Assembly (NCBI GenBank): GCA_964016885.1
Contig: CAXHJY010000320.1
Location: 34,367-98,366, forward strand
From: Eledone cirrhosa
Lineage: Eukaryota
Direction of reading: 5' to 3'
Length of the DNA stretch: 64,000 bases
The notes below the pieces were generated by a model. That model did no database searches and was not told where the DNA came from. It saw nothing but the letters and a program-made list of their open reading frames with translations. Both the position numbers and the translations under genes were made by a program. Shown piece after piece: positions 62,414 to 64,000 of this stretch; position 1 is the stretch's first letter, and each line of letters starts with the position of its first letter.

Positions 62414-62646
62414 TATATAATATATATATAATATATATATATATATTATATATATATATATATTTAATATATATATATAATATATATATATAATATATAT
62501 AATAAATATATATATAATATATATATATAATATATATATATATAATAAATATATATATAATATATATATATATAATATATAATATATATATAATATATAT
62601 ATATAATATATATAATATATATATATATAATATATATAATATATAT

Positions 62647-62728
<82 letters not shown>

Positions 62729-62977
62729 TATATATATAATATATATATATATATAATATATATAATATATATATATATATAATATATATATATATATAAT
62801 ATATATAATATATATATATATATATAATATATATAATATATATATATATATAATATATATAATATATATAATATATATATATATATAATATATATATATA
62901 TATAATATATATAATATATATAATATATATAATATATATATATATATAATATATATATATAATATATATATATATAT

Positions 62978-64000
62978 ATCCGTGAAGATGTCACACCAAT
63001 TGTACTGTTGACACATTCAAACTCAGTCTGTGACACACTGATAATACATATGAAGCAACTACAGACGGTAATATGTGTCACATATCGGCCGCCCGATGCC
63101 CCCAGTCATGAGGGTAAATTTGAGGATAGCCTAAGTAGGATAGAAGAGGTCCTTGACAAACTGGACCAGGGTCTCAACATCCTACTGCTGGGAGACTTCA
63201 ACCTACCAAAGGTCAAATGGCCTGAGGGCCACCTCCTCCCTGGAATGACGTCAATAGAACAGAGACAGACGGAATCCCTGCTGGCCCTCACACACAGGCT
63301 GTTCATGGAGCAAGCAATACTCCTCCCAACAAGAGGCGAAAATGTCCTGGACCTCTGTTTTACAAACAACGAAGTGCTCATCCACAATGTAAAGGTGACA
63401 CCAACAATTCTCTCGGATCATAACTTGGTAGAGCTAATGATATGTGGTCCAAGAGAACCAACAGAGACAAAACCACCAAGAAGCTCTGGGACGCTATCCA
63501 GCCTTAACTTCTACGGGGCTGACTGGAAGAAGATTAAGAGTGAAATCCGGAAGCAAACATGGAGTGCAAACATCGCCACACAAGACACTAACACACAATT
63601 TCAACACTTCATGACAACGATACACACCATATGCAAAAAGTGTGTCCCGGAGAAAGAGGCAAACAGACACAAAAATCTTATTCCCAGAGATAGGAAAATC
63701 CTTATGAGACGTAGAACTAAACTCTCAAACCAGTTGAATAGTCAACAAAACCAAAACAAGAAGGAATCCTATTTGAAACGTGCACTACTTGACACCGAGA
63801 TTGCACTCAAGCTTTCACATGAGAATGAGAGGGCAAGGAAAGAGAACAGGGCCATAGAAAACATTAAAACAAACCCTAAGGCCTTCTTTAAATTTGCAAA
63901 AGAAACTGCCTCAGTACACTGCAAGATTGGACCACTCTTCCACACGGACGGTTCATTAACCGAAAATCCCCAAGAGATATGTGAAATACTGAACAAACAG
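62978..64000 (+). CDS. CR1-group LINE ORF2, AP endonuclease and linker (runs off the window; absent from the ORF track)
   Basis: Open 341 codons: YRPPD, LLGDFNLP, PTRGENVLDLCF, SDHNLV, NPKAFFKF. Confidence 0.9.
   Translation, partial: MREDVTPIVLLTHSNSVCDTLIIHMKQLQTVICVTYRPPDAPSHEGKFEDSLSRIEEVLDKLDQGLNILLLGDFNLPKVKWPEGHLLPGMTSIEQRQTESLLALTHRLFMEQAILLPTRGENVLDLCFTNNEVLIHNVKVTPTILSDHNLVELMICGPREPTETKPPRSSGTLSSLNFYGADWKKIKSEIRKQTWSANIATQDTNTQFQHFMTTIHTICKKCVPEKEANRHKNLIPRDRKILMRRRTKLSNQLNSQQNQNKKESYLKRALLDTEIALKLSHENERARKENRAIENIKTNPKAFFKFAKETASVHCKIGPLFHTDGSLTENPQEICEILNKQ

Overview
AT-rich eukaryotic (animal) DNA made almost entirely of repeats. The SINE/RTE repertoire and huge (TA)n fields suggest an octopod cephalopod, which is an inference. 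About 22 kb is (TA)n microsatellite, and the long Tyr/Ile ORFs in the track are artefacts of it. Recognisable elements: two near-identical 5'-truncated RTE LINEs (RT plus PHD-like finger), two CR1-group LINE pieces, an R4/Dong-type LINE interrupted by a SINE, a decayed mariner, hAT and piggyBac MITEs, many tRNA-derived SINEs and a Penelope-like GIY-YIG fragment with inverted pseudo-LTRs. No complete host gene is evident; there are two candidate minus-strand exons. The main discovery is a set of about a dozen short, mostly unrelated non-coding inserts in TA tracts. Each carries a type I hammerhead ribozyme motif, often minimal or with core variants such as U3:A8. They are arranged as ~1.26-unit direct repeats or as fold-back palindromes. 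Most also carry a shared, covarying downstream stem-loop (RCUC-stem-UU bulge-GAGY). Together these point to a diverse Penelope-dependent retrozyme/pLTR system that inserts into TA microsatellites. All structures were read by eye and need computational and biochemical confirmation.
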